NCBI GenBank assembly: GCA_040220235.1
Contig: JAVJTO010000056.1
Direction: 5' to 3' (one strand)
Source of the DNA: Coleofasciculus sp. B1-GNL1-01
GTDB taxonomy: Bacteria > Cyanobacteriota > Cyanobacteriia > Cyanobacteriales > Coleofasciculaceae
DNA: 21,413 nt
In this document: one piece after another, positions 8,513 through 15,792 of the stretch
How the letters are laid out: each line of letters begins with the position of its first letter
How positions within the stretch are numbered: position 1 is the stretch's first letter
Notes under the pieces: generated by a model
The model's database searches: none
The model's input: the letters and a program-made list of their open reading frames with translations, nothing else
Told to the model about the DNA's origin: nothing
Program-made: the position numbers and the translations under genes

Positions 8513-8761
8513 TTACTTGAATCGTTTACCAAGATTATAGCTGACATTGTAGCTTACTTTGTAAGCGTTTGGAGTCTGGTTCAAAATAGAAACCGCAGCA
8601 CAGTATGTACCGGTCATCATAGTGTGTGTTACTGTTGGTACACCTGTACCTCCTTGAATTAAATCAAGCTCTTCTTCCACTAATTCAGAAAGATAACTTT
8701 CAGAATCAAACAGGAGATCGCTACCAGTGGGACGAAGATTCTTGATGCAAATTGTAGACAT
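8513..8761 (-). CDS. RiPP precursor peptide A1 (38-aa double-glycine leader, 44-aa core)
   Basis: Leader ends ELVEEELDLIQGG. Core TGVPTVTHTMMTGTYCAAVSILNQTPNAYKVSYNVSYNLGKRFK has 7 Thr, 3 Ser and 1 Cys. GGAGG RBS; leader homologous to the neighbouring ORF. Confidence 0.9.
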   Translation of the reverse strand: MSTICIKNLRPTGSDLLFDSESYLSELVEEELDLIQGGTGVPTVTHTMMTGTYCAAVSILNQTPNAYKVSYNVSYNLGKRFK

Positions 8762-8899
8762 TATAACCTCCAGACATTTATTTCAGATGTTTTGCTCTGA
8801 TGGAATCAAGTAGATGCTTAAAAACCGGAATAGCTACATGATTAAGCCGAAATTGCCAACCAACTTTAAGCTTATTTTCCGGATTTTAATTATTAAAAT

Positions 8900-9130
8900 T
8901 TAAGCAGCATTCCACCCTTGATATGCACCATAAGTTGCTACACTTATAAGTGTAATTACTGCACTAGCAACTGCACACTTTGGTGAAGAGATAAATGTTT
9001 TAGCCATCCAAGTTTTTCCCCCATAAGCTTCTGCAAGTTCATTATCTGATAATTCACTTAGATAGCTCTCAGAATCTGAAAATAACTCAGAACCAGCAGG
9101 GGTTAAGTTATGAATTTGAATTGTTGCCAT
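8900..9130 (-). CDS. RiPP precursor peptide A2 (38-aa double-glycine leader, 38-aa core)
   Basis: Leader ends ELSDNELAEAYGG. Core KTWMAKTFISSPKCAVASAVITLISVATYGAYQGWNAA has 4 Thr, 4 Ser and 1 Cys. GAGGA RBS; shares DSESYLSEL with A1. Confidence 0.9.
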   Translation of the reverse strand: MATIQIHNLTPAGSELFSDSESYLSELSDNELAEAYGGKTWMAKTFISSPKCAVASAVITLISVATYGAYQGWNAA

Positions 9131-9204
9131 TGAATTGTCCTCAAAATGAAATTGGCATTAAAAATAGTCATCTTGACTGTGACTATTCTCTTTTATTAGT
9201 TTAC

Positions 9205-9245
9205 TTATTTTCCTGTTTTTATGCAATATTAAAACAGGAAAATAA
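9205..9245. promoter_or_regulatory. Perfect 15-bp inverted repeat upstream of the precursor genes
   Basis: TTATTTTCCTGTTTT (9205-9219), 11-nt loop, AAAACAGGAAAATAA (9231-9245). Confidence 0.55.
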
Positions 9246-9341
9246 AGACTTAAATATATTTTTTTGAGTAGAGTTAATGTGAGCTTGGTTTAATGAATAA
9301 AAATATAAACAGTAAAATTGGGCGCATTGAGTTTTATTTCG

Positions 9342-9377
9342 GATGAATTTAATGTATAAATTAGTTATAATTTTGTC
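9342..9377 (-). promoter_or_regulatory. Candidate shared operator, copy 1 (GATGAATT-N19-AATTTTGTC)
   Basis: Identical half-sites and spacing to 13864-13899. Confidence 0.5.
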
Positions 9378-9401
9378 CCCATTAAATGGATTAAGAGTTT
9401 A

Positions 9402-9438
9402 AAATAACACCTGCCTATAACTCGATCAATAGGCAGGC
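9402..9438 (-). terminator. Putative intrinsic terminator after the kinase-HopA1-AKR-PpiC operon
   Basis: Minus strand reads GCCTGCCTAT-loop-ATAGGCAGGT followed by GTTATTTT, about 55 bp after the ppiC stop. Confidence 0.6.
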
Positions 9439-9493
9439 ATTAATACTTATCATTTATTTAACTTTTTTAACTTTGATAGCCATTAGCGTGAGA

Positions 9494-10246
9494 CTATTTT
9501 TTATTCATATCAACGTAACTTGCCGCACTTAACCAACCCTGAAACAGAGACTCCAACACTTGTTCCCTAACTTCAGCCAACTCAGCCGGAAACCACTTCT
9601 CAACTCGAAGAATGTGATACCCTAACTTCGTTTGAACTGGATCAATCACCTCACCGTCTACAGCCTCAGATACAGCATGGGCAATCTCCGGTAGCAATTC
9701 TGCCAAAAATCGCACTCCGACAAAACCGCCATTTTCCTTTGACTGCTTCCCCTTCGAGTGTTCTAACGCTAAGACACAAAACGAAACCTTCCCCTCACGA
9801 AGCGCCTGGGTAATTTTTACCGCCTCTGTCAAATCCCGTACCAGAATTTGAGACAGCGCCACCCGTTTATAATTATCGCGATCGCTCATATAATGAGCAT
9901 CAACCTTTTCACCAAACAGATGTTCTCTCAATTTCTGCCTCAGCAGCGATATCCGCACTCCCTGAGACCAATCTTCTACAGCAATGCGCTGTTGTGCTAA
10001 CCAGGCTAAGGTTTCCGATGTTCCCAGCAGTTTGTTCTCCTGGCGAAATGCATCTCCTGCGGCTTGTAACTCCTCCTCAGATACCGTAATCCCTAATTGC
10101 TGACAAACCGCCACAATTAACGCATTCTGTTCCGCCGCTGCTGCAATTTGCGCGATTTGGTAAGAATGGCGTAAATAGGCAAGAATGTCTTGATCTGTTG
10201 CGGGGGTAACTTCGGGTAAGGTGAATTGTTCTAGTGTTTCTGGCAT
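9494..10246 (-). CDS. Second PpiC/parvulin-type peptidyl-prolyl isomerase family protein
   Basis: SQILV...FCVLALEHS...ENGGFVG...VIDPVQTKLGYHILRVEK; same architecture as 6936-7679 but divergent. Confidence 0.9.
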   Translation of the reverse strand: MPETLEQFTLPEVTPATDQDILAYLRHSYQIAQIAAAAEQNALIVAVCQQLGITVSEEELQAAGDAFRQENKLLGTSETLAWLAQQRIAVEDWSQGVRISLLRQKLREHLFGEKVDAHYMSDRDNYKRVALSQILVRDLTEAVKITQALREGKVSFCVLALEHSKGKQSKENGGFVGVRFLAELLPEIAHAVSEAVDGEVIDPVQTKLGYHILRVEKWFPAELAEVREQVLESLFQGWLSAASYVDMNKK

Positions 10247-10394
10247 GATTTTCCTCTTTTTTTATTAGTCATTGGTGGTAGAAGCGAAGCATCTGTCCAG
10301 ATTCTTCACTCCGCTGTCGCTGCGTTCAGAATGACATCTTATGACAGGGCAAAGTATGCATTTTTACCCCAATCGGTTGTCACTTTTTGTGAAT

Positions 10395-11399
10395 CTAATC
10401 TCGATAAATTAAGCGTTCTGGTGAGATATCGGAAACAGAAAGCCGATGGCGATGTAAATCCCCATAAAGATTGAGATAATCAATTTCTTCCGGGGTTAAC
10501 TGACCCTTTTGCACACCGGATATCGCCGCATCAATTTCCTCCCGACACCGCAATCCGGTCAAACAAACATCAACACAGTTCTGACTCAAGGAATACCGAT
10601 ATAAATCGGGTACAGACGGTTGCCAACATCCTTCCGGTAACCCCGCAGGCGCATCCCAAAGCGCACCGGAATGAGACCCGGTAGACTTAAAGGTAACAAT
10701 CCCAGGACGGTTATTATCTCGGATATCTAAGCGATTAAACACCTGATTTTGGGCAGAACGGTGTGCCAGATTATGTCTCACCATGACCACATCTAATAAG
10801 GGACTATTTGACCACTGCTGCGCCAGGTTCATATCGTGGAAGGATGCGCCAATATAACGCACCGCACCCATTTTCTTAAGCCGTTCCGATGTGCCAAAAA
10901 ATCGTTCAATCGTGCGCTGATAAACGGAATTTTTACCGCGTAAATCAGGGGAAAGCTGCAAGCAATCCTTAAACAATTGCCCATCATTCGCACCAATCCA
11001 TCCCCAAAACAATACATCGATATAGTCAATTTTTAGTTCCACAAACTGATCCAATAAAGCCGCCAGTGCGACTTCGGGATTCTTGATATAGGTCACTGTT
11101 GCTAGGACGACGTTCTCCCGCACCGATGATTTGCGACTACATAATTGACGCAGGGCATCCGCCATGGAACTATAAATATGGTGGTGTAAGTCGCTGGAAT
11201 AGAAAAAGTAGTTAATTCCTTGGTCAAAGGCGTATAGTGTATCCTGACTCGAAATTCCACCACCCCCGCCTAATCCTAAACAACTAACAGTTAAATCAGT
11301 CCGTCCTAATTGGCGGTAAAATGAAAAGTTAGATTCGGGAAAATTAGGAATTTTAACGGCGGGTTTGATAACTGAGGGAGCAATGTCTGTTATTTGCAT
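10395..11399 (-). CDS. Aldo/keto reductase-fold protein with atypical active-site motifs
   Basis: YRQLGRTDLTVSCLGLG, AFDQGINYF, LKIDYIDVL, LKKMGAVRYIGASFH and VCLTGLRCREEIDAAI match AKR scaffold motifs. Confidence 0.85.
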   Translation of the reverse strand: MQITDIAPSVIKPAVKIPNFPESNFSFYRQLGRTDLTVSCLGLGGGGGISSQDTLYAFDQGINYFFYSSDLHHHIYSSMADALRQLCSRKSSVRENVVLATVTYIKNPEVALAALLDQFVELKIDYIDVLFWGWIGANDGQLFKDCLQLSPDLRGKNSVYQRTIERFFGTSERLKKMGAVRYIGASFHDMNLAQQWSNSPLLDVVMVRHNLAHRSAQNQVFNRLDIRDNNRPGIVTFKSTGSHSGALWDAPAGLPEGCWQPSVPDLYRYSLSQNCVDVCLTGLRCREEIDAAISGVQKGQLTPEEIDYLNLYGDLHRHRLSVSDISPERLIYRD

Positions 11400-11436
11400 G
11401 ATGTTAAGGGAAATGGCGCGATTTTGTCGTAAGTTT

Positions 11437-11456
11437 GTAGTAAGCGCTTTAGCGCT
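11437..11456. repeat. Single GTAG REP-like palindrome GTAGTAAGCGCTTTAGCGCT
   Basis: Same family as the 6405-6544 units, with compensated stem changes. Confidence 0.7.
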
Positions 11457-12562
11457 TATTGCGAACTCAGTAAAGGTGTATAATTATCGTCAGAATTGGC
11501 GTTGAGATAGGCACAGTTTATGTCAATCCCAAACAGGGAAAACTGTTGGAGAATTGCCTGCATCCGTCCGTCTGGGGAGTTATCACCGTTTTGCCAAGCT
11601 TCTAGTAACCCATTAGCAACCAGTTGACAGCGGTTCATGCCAAAACTTTCTTGTGTGCCAAACTTGGTATCGGGTTCTTCGGCTAATCCTAATCCGGGGG
11701 CGAGGACTTTGGTAAATAGGGGAACTTGTGGTTTAAAATGGGCTTGATTTTCTTCATAGATCACCTGCAACACTTGGCGAACTGTGGGGTAATTGGGTTT
11801 ATCGAAGTAGAAAACCCCGGAATCATAACGTTCGTAGTCGGCGGGGTTATACAGGACTTTAAAGGTAAAAGGTAGGTTAATCGCGTTGAACTGTTGGGTT
11901 AGGCTATCCATGACAGAAACCGCCCCGTCTGGGGTGAGGTTAAAGTAAATTCGCACGGTTTCTGAGGGATGATCGACGGTGGGTTCAGCTTGGCTTCCGG
12001 CGTTACTTACTGCCATGTAAAATCCGTTTTGGATCAGGTTTTTGGGCATCCGAATCGCTACGGTATCCCCAATAGCTGCGGCTTGGTTGGGGTGGAGATG
12101 GCGTTGGGGTTCAATATGCAGCTTTAAACTGCCTTTGCTGACGACAATTGTGTTATCGGTTTCCTGTTTGAGGACGAACCAACCGGGGTCAAAGTAACCG
12201 TTTCCTTGATTGTGATCGTGCAACTGTTGATAGAAGTTTAAGTCTAATCCTAAAAGGGTATTGTTTTCTAGGTCGAGGGGTAAGGCTGAGTTATCGGTAT
12301 TCAGGGCGAGGCTATTTTCTAGGGATTGATTGTAGTAGATTCCGTAGAGAAAGCCACGCAGTTGCAGACTCCAGTAGCGTTGTTGGATGTCTGAGGGCAT
12401 GTTCTGGAGACGGTTAATTATTTCTTCGGGTAGTTCAAAGGGTTTGTAGTTGGGATGATGGATACAAAAGTTGGCTTTGAGTTCTATGGTGTTGGCGATG
12501 TCTTGTAAGGTGTCGAGTAGGGAATGGGTGGGTTGTGGGGTGGGGATGTTTAGGAGTTGCAT
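11456..12562 (-). CDS. HopA1-family protein; putative phospho-Ser/Thr lyase (LanY/TvaD-like)
   Basis: VRIYFN, FTFKVL, RYDSGVFYF, PLFTKVLAPGLGLAEEP and SFGMNRC are HopA1-domain motifs; adjacent to an APH kinase. Confidence 0.88.
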   Translation of the reverse strand: MQLLNIPTPQPTHSLLDTLQDIANTIELKANFCIHHPNYKPFELPEEIINRLQNMPSDIQQRYWSLQLRGFLYGIYYNQSLENSLALNTDNSALPLDLENNTLLGLDLNFYQQLHDHNQGNGYFDPGWFVLKQETDNTIVVSKGSLKLHIEPQRHLHPNQAAAIGDTVAIRMPKNLIQNGFYMAVSNAGSQAEPTVDHPSETVRIYFNLTPDGAVSVMDSLTQQFNAINLPFTFKVLYNPADYERYDSGVFYFDKPNYPTVRQVLQVIYEENQAHFKPQVPLFTKVLAPGLGLAEEPDTKFGTQESFGMNRCQLVANGLLEAWQNGDNSPDGRMQAILQQFSLFGIDINCAYLNANSDDNYTPLLSSQ

Positions 12563-12578
12563 GATTTTATTTTTTTAA

Positions 12579-12618
12579 CGCAGAGGAACGCAGAGGTTAA
12601 CGCAGAGGGGCGCAGAGG
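12579..12618. repeat. 4x CGCAGAGG element overlapping the kinase stop codon
   Basis: Units at 12579, 12589, 12601 and 12611; reverse complement of 4912-4951. Confidence 0.8.
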
Positions 12619-13778
12619 GTTTCGGGGGAGTTGGGGGAGGGGTTTGGGGGTATTAGATCGGGTGTTGTGGTGCCAAAAATAGTGGGGATGGATTGTTGGG
12701 GACGACAGAGTAGGGTTTTGGCTACTTGTAGCATGGCGATTCCTGAGTTGCTAAAGGATTTTTGGTATTGAATTGTTGCTTGAATTTGTTGAATTAAGGC
12801 TAAACCTGCAAATTGGATGATTTGAAGTAAGAGGGTGGGGCGGTGTGTTAAAATTTCGGGGAAGCTGTGGAAATAGGCTTGGGTTAAGCTGGCAATTGAG
12901 GGTTGCAGTTGGTCGAGGGGAGTTGTGGCTAACCGCAGGGATTCTTCGAGACTCAGGGCGTTGCTGATGACTAAACTATTCAGCCAAATTTGGATATAGC
13001 TAGCGATGAGAGTTCCTACGTCAAAGGCTGGATCTCCCCAATGAGAACGTTCCCAGTCAATGAATCGTACTCTGCGATCGCGCGATTGTTCCCAGTGGTT
13101 AGACAGCAGGATATTATTGAGTTTTAGGTCATTGTGGGTGAGACAACTGGGGGTGAAGGTTTTGCCGAGTTCTGCGATCGCGTTGCCTAAACTGTCGTAT
13201 CGTTGATAGAGGGCAAAGAATTTGAGTCCATCGACGGGAACCAGCCCAAAGATGTCTGGGGTGATTCGTTCTAATCCGCCAATCAGGTTGGGTACGGTTT
13301 CGGGGAGAGAGTGAGACGGTTGTGAGAAAAAGTTCCGATAGTCGTCCCGGTTATATGTGGCGCGATGAATAGCCGCCAGGGTAGTACCAATAGACGCCGC
13401 GATCGCACTCGGAAAGATTGTCTCTTCGGCGTAGAATTCCATTAAGTCGCGGTACTCGTCTAAGTAGCGGAATATGATGATTGATTCCCCCGGATCAAAA
13501 TGCAGTATCTGGGGTAGATAGGGGTGAAGGGTAGCAAGTTCAGGAAAGTGCTGTACAAACTCTTGAATCCGCCATTCTTGTCCAAATTCTCCGGCTGTTT
13601 TCCCGTCCTGATTATACCGTTCTTGCTTAACTAGGACTTTTTTCCCGTCGGGTAAGGTGACTAAAAGGTTAAAGTTTTTCGCCGCAACGGGTTTAATAAT
13701 GAGCTGATTTTGCTTTTCTGGTGGACATAGCCCCAGTCGGATTAAATAATTGGGGAGGTTAATTGAGCTTAATTGCAT
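12597..13778 (-). CDS. Aminoglycoside-phosphotransferase-family kinase; putative peptide Ser/Thr kinase (LanK/TvaC-like)
   Basis: KNFNLLV, VLVKQE (ATP-binding Lys), THNDLKLNNIL (HxDxxxxN catalytic loop), FIDWE and GDPAFDVG. Confidence 0.9.
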   Translation of the reverse strand: MQLSSINLPNYLIRLGLCPPEKQNQLIIKPVAAKNFNLLVTLPDGKKVLVKQERYNQDGKTAGEFGQEWRIQEFVQHFPELATLHPYLPQILHFDPGESIIIFRYLDEYRDLMEFYAEETIFPSAIAASIGTTLAAIHRATYNRDDYRNFFSQPSHSLPETVPNLIGGLERITPDIFGLVPVDGLKFFALYQRYDSLGNAIAELGKTFTPSCLTHNDLKLNNILLSNHWEQSRDRRVRFIDWERSHWGDPAFDVGTLIASYIQIWLNSLVISNALSLEESLRLATTPLDQLQPSIASLTQAYFHSFPEILTHRPTLLLQIIQFAGLALIQQIQATIQYQKSFSNSGIAMLQVAKTLLCRPQQSIPTIFGTTTPDLIPPNPSPNSPETLCAPLR

Positions 13779-13863
13779 CGTTGAGTCAGGCTGAATTAGA
13801 TGAGTTCAGTGGTTGTCTTAGGTTTCATTTTATTTTTAATTCGGGGTTTGTGAAGTGTTGGAC

Positions 13864-13899
13864 GATGAATTAATTGGCGTAAAGTTATACAATTTTGTC
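13864..13899 (-). promoter_or_regulatory. Candidate shared operator, copy 2 (GATGAATT-N19-AATTTTGTC)
   Basis: Matches 9342-9377; about 85 bp upstream of the kinase start. Confidence 0.5.
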
Positions 13900-14060
13900 T
13901 TCTGCCAGAATGCGTGGATATCGCCACAAATCCATAAACAGCGCCGGAACGCCAGCCGATGAAGGGGGTGTCAGAGTTGCCTTTGGGGATGCTATCTGTT
14001 CTTTAATGTAAAAAATTATGTCTGATTAACTGCTGTGTTATCGACAAATAGAATTAGCGC

Positions 14061-14089
14061 TTGACTTTATTTCTGATTTCAGGTACTTT
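14061..14089 (+). promoter_or_regulatory. Sigma70-type promoter TTGACT-N17-TACTTT
   Basis: The -35 box and spacing are retained in the second copy, whose -10 box reads TATTTT, while the spacer has diverged. Confidence 0.5.
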
Positions 14090-14290
14090 TATATCATGGG
14101 AAAATGTGCCGTCCTATAAACCCAGATCAACCCTCAACCCGTAACTCCGTAGGGTGGGTTAGGCGGTACTCAATAAATAAAACAAACCATTTAATGATTG
14201 ATCTGCCGTAACCCACCGAGTTATCGTTTGCAACAGGTGAACCAACGAAGAGGGCGAGTCGATAAAATTAATGCCTTTCCCTTTACCGTA

Positions 14291-14396
14291 GTGGCGTGGC
14301 ACACCTTATTTGGTGGATTAGAATTGTAGGGGCGCAAAGACTTGCGCCCATTTTAACGGTAAAATCTATTCCACAATTTTAGCTGTGTCAGTCCAG
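14291..14396. mobile_element. MITE (106 bp) with TA duplication, inserted in the GTAG of a REP-like repeat
   Basis: Ends are imperfect inverted repeats (24/34 including the TA). TA at 14289-14290 and 14397-14398. Removing it restores CCGTAGGGTGGGTTAGG as at 14147. Confidence 0.75.
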
Positions 14397-14662
14397 TAGG
14401 GTGGGTTAGGCGGTAATCAATTCACGAAACAAACTATTTAAATAGATATCCGCCGTAACCCACCGAGTTATCCTTTGCAACAGATGAATCAACGAGGATT
14501 CCTCAACAAAATTAATGGATTTCCCCGTCACGATAGTGCAGCGACTCGCCCCTACAAGGTTACAGGGTTACAGGGTTACAGAATTACAGGACACAGGACA
14601 CAGAACACAATAAAATAAATATCAGGTTAGGAATGACCTAAACTTCAAATCCAGAGGGTGCT

Positions 14663-14786
14663 ATGTTGACCATCAAACAAAGCTTACAGCGTATAGTATA
14701 TGGAAGCGTGATCGCGCGAAGCGCACGCCTCTAAGCTGATCGCAACAGTCCTCTTCATCCCCTGTAACCCTGTACTTGACCAGATT
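14663..14786 (+). pseudogene. Truncated, disrupted copy of the fha signal-peptide coding region
   Basis: MLTIKQSLQRIVYGSVI versus MLTINQSLQRIGYGCAI at 16175. A 28-nt insertion at the HIP1 position gives TAA at 14732; similarity ends after CAGATT. Confidence 0.8.
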
Positions 14787-14875
14787 TCAGTCAATTCCCT
14801 ACAGGGTAACCGGATTACCAGGTGATCGGGGATAATGATAAAAGGGTCATTAGAGCCAAGGGAGGTTGTTGATTG

Positions 14876-15736
14876 ATGACGTTTATTAATCCAAAAACTG
14901 ATTTTGCCTTTAAGAAGATTTTTGGCTCGAAGAAAAGTAAGGAAATTTTGATTAGTTTCCTGAATGCTATCCTGTATCAGGAACAGGAGACAATTCAAGA
15001 CCTAGAAATCCTTGACCCTTACCAATCGCCTCGCATCCAGGGAATTAAGGATTCCTATTTAGATGTGAAAGCCGTCATCACTGGAAACAAAACCGTCATC
15101 ATTGAAATGCAGGTACTCAACGTTTTAGGTTTTGAGAAACGAGTCCTGTATAATGCCGCCAAAGCCTTTTCCATTCAATTAGGAGTCGGGGAAGATTACA
15201 ACTTATTGAATCCGGTGATAGCCTTAACCATTACCGACTTTGAGATGTTCGCCGATAGTGCCAAAGTAATCTCTCGCTATTGTCTCAAGGAAAAGGAAGA
15301 GTTAACTGATTATACCGATGATATTGAATTGGTCTTTGTCGAATTACCCAAATTCAATAAAACCCTGGAGGAATCAGAAAGCTTAACTGATAAATGGCTC
15401 TACTTTCTCAAATTCGCCAACACCTTAAAAGACGTGCCGCCGCCAATGGGAACAATTCCCGCCATTAAACAAGCATTTACCATCGCCAGACAGAGTAAAC
15501 TAACCAAGCGAGAATTAGAAGCCCTAGAGAAGCGAGAGCTTTTCATTCAAGACAGTTACAATGCAATTCGCAAAGCTAAACTAGAAGGAAAAAAGGAAGG
15601 AAAAGAGGAAGGAAAAGAGGAAGGCAGGCAGGAAAAAGCGATGGCGATTGCCAAGGAACTCCTCGATGTGTTAGATATTGAAACAATTAGTCAGAAAACT
15701 GGCTTGAGTATTAAGGAAATTCAAAACTTAACCTAG
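14876..15736 (+). CDS. Rpn-family recombination-promoting nuclease / PD-(D/E)XK putative transposase
   Basis: PKTDFAFKKIFG, YLDV, IIEMQ, FVELPKF, DKWLYFLK and C-terminal EGKKEGKEEGKEEGRQE repeats. GGAGGT RBS at 14861 favours ATG 14876. Confidence 0.93.
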   Translation: MTFINPKTDFAFKKIFGSKKSKEILISFLNAILYQEQETIQDLEILDPYQSPRIQGIKDSYLDVKAVITGNKTVIIEMQVLNVLGFEKRVLYNAAKAFSIQLGVGEDYNLLNPVIALTITDFEMFADSAKVISRYCLKEKEELTDYTDDIELVFVELPKFNKTLEESESLTDKWLYFLKFANTLKDVPPPMGTIPAIKQAFTIARQSKLTKRELEALEKRELFIQDSYNAIRKAKLEGKKEGKEEGKEEGRQEKAMAIAKELLDVLDIETISQKTGLSIKEIQNLT

Positions 15737-15763
15737 AAGCCAAGCTAAAAAAATGAATCATCC

Positions 15764-15792
15764 TTGACTTTTTGCCAAAATTTAGTTATTTT
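15764..15792 (+). promoter_or_regulatory. Sigma70-type promoter TTGACT-N17-TATTTT upstream of the fha gene
   Basis: Conserved with 14061-14089; would imply a REP-rich leader of about 375 nt. Confidence 0.5.

Larger units (their letters stand above)
14061..14786 (+). repeat. Diverged duplicate of the fha promoter/leader/5' coding segment (partner copy 15764-16270)
   Basis: Collinear blocks: TTGACT..., TATATCATGG.AAAATGTGCCGTCCTATA, a GTAGGGTGGGTTAGGCGG REP, TTACAGG/ACACAGG heptamers, and an identical AATAAAATAAATATCAGG...TGCTATGTTGACCATCAA stretch. Confidence 0.9.

Noticed and set aside
8513..9130. Nif11- or NHLP-type leader peptides
   Set aside because: Leaders are only 38 aa and lack the longer Nif11/NHLP patterns; only the ELxxxEL...GG end is shared.
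11456..13778. Type III effector (HopA1) and aminoglycoside-resistance gene
   Set aside because: These are family names only; there is no T3SS context, and pairing with precursors and a C39 exporter points to peptide modification.
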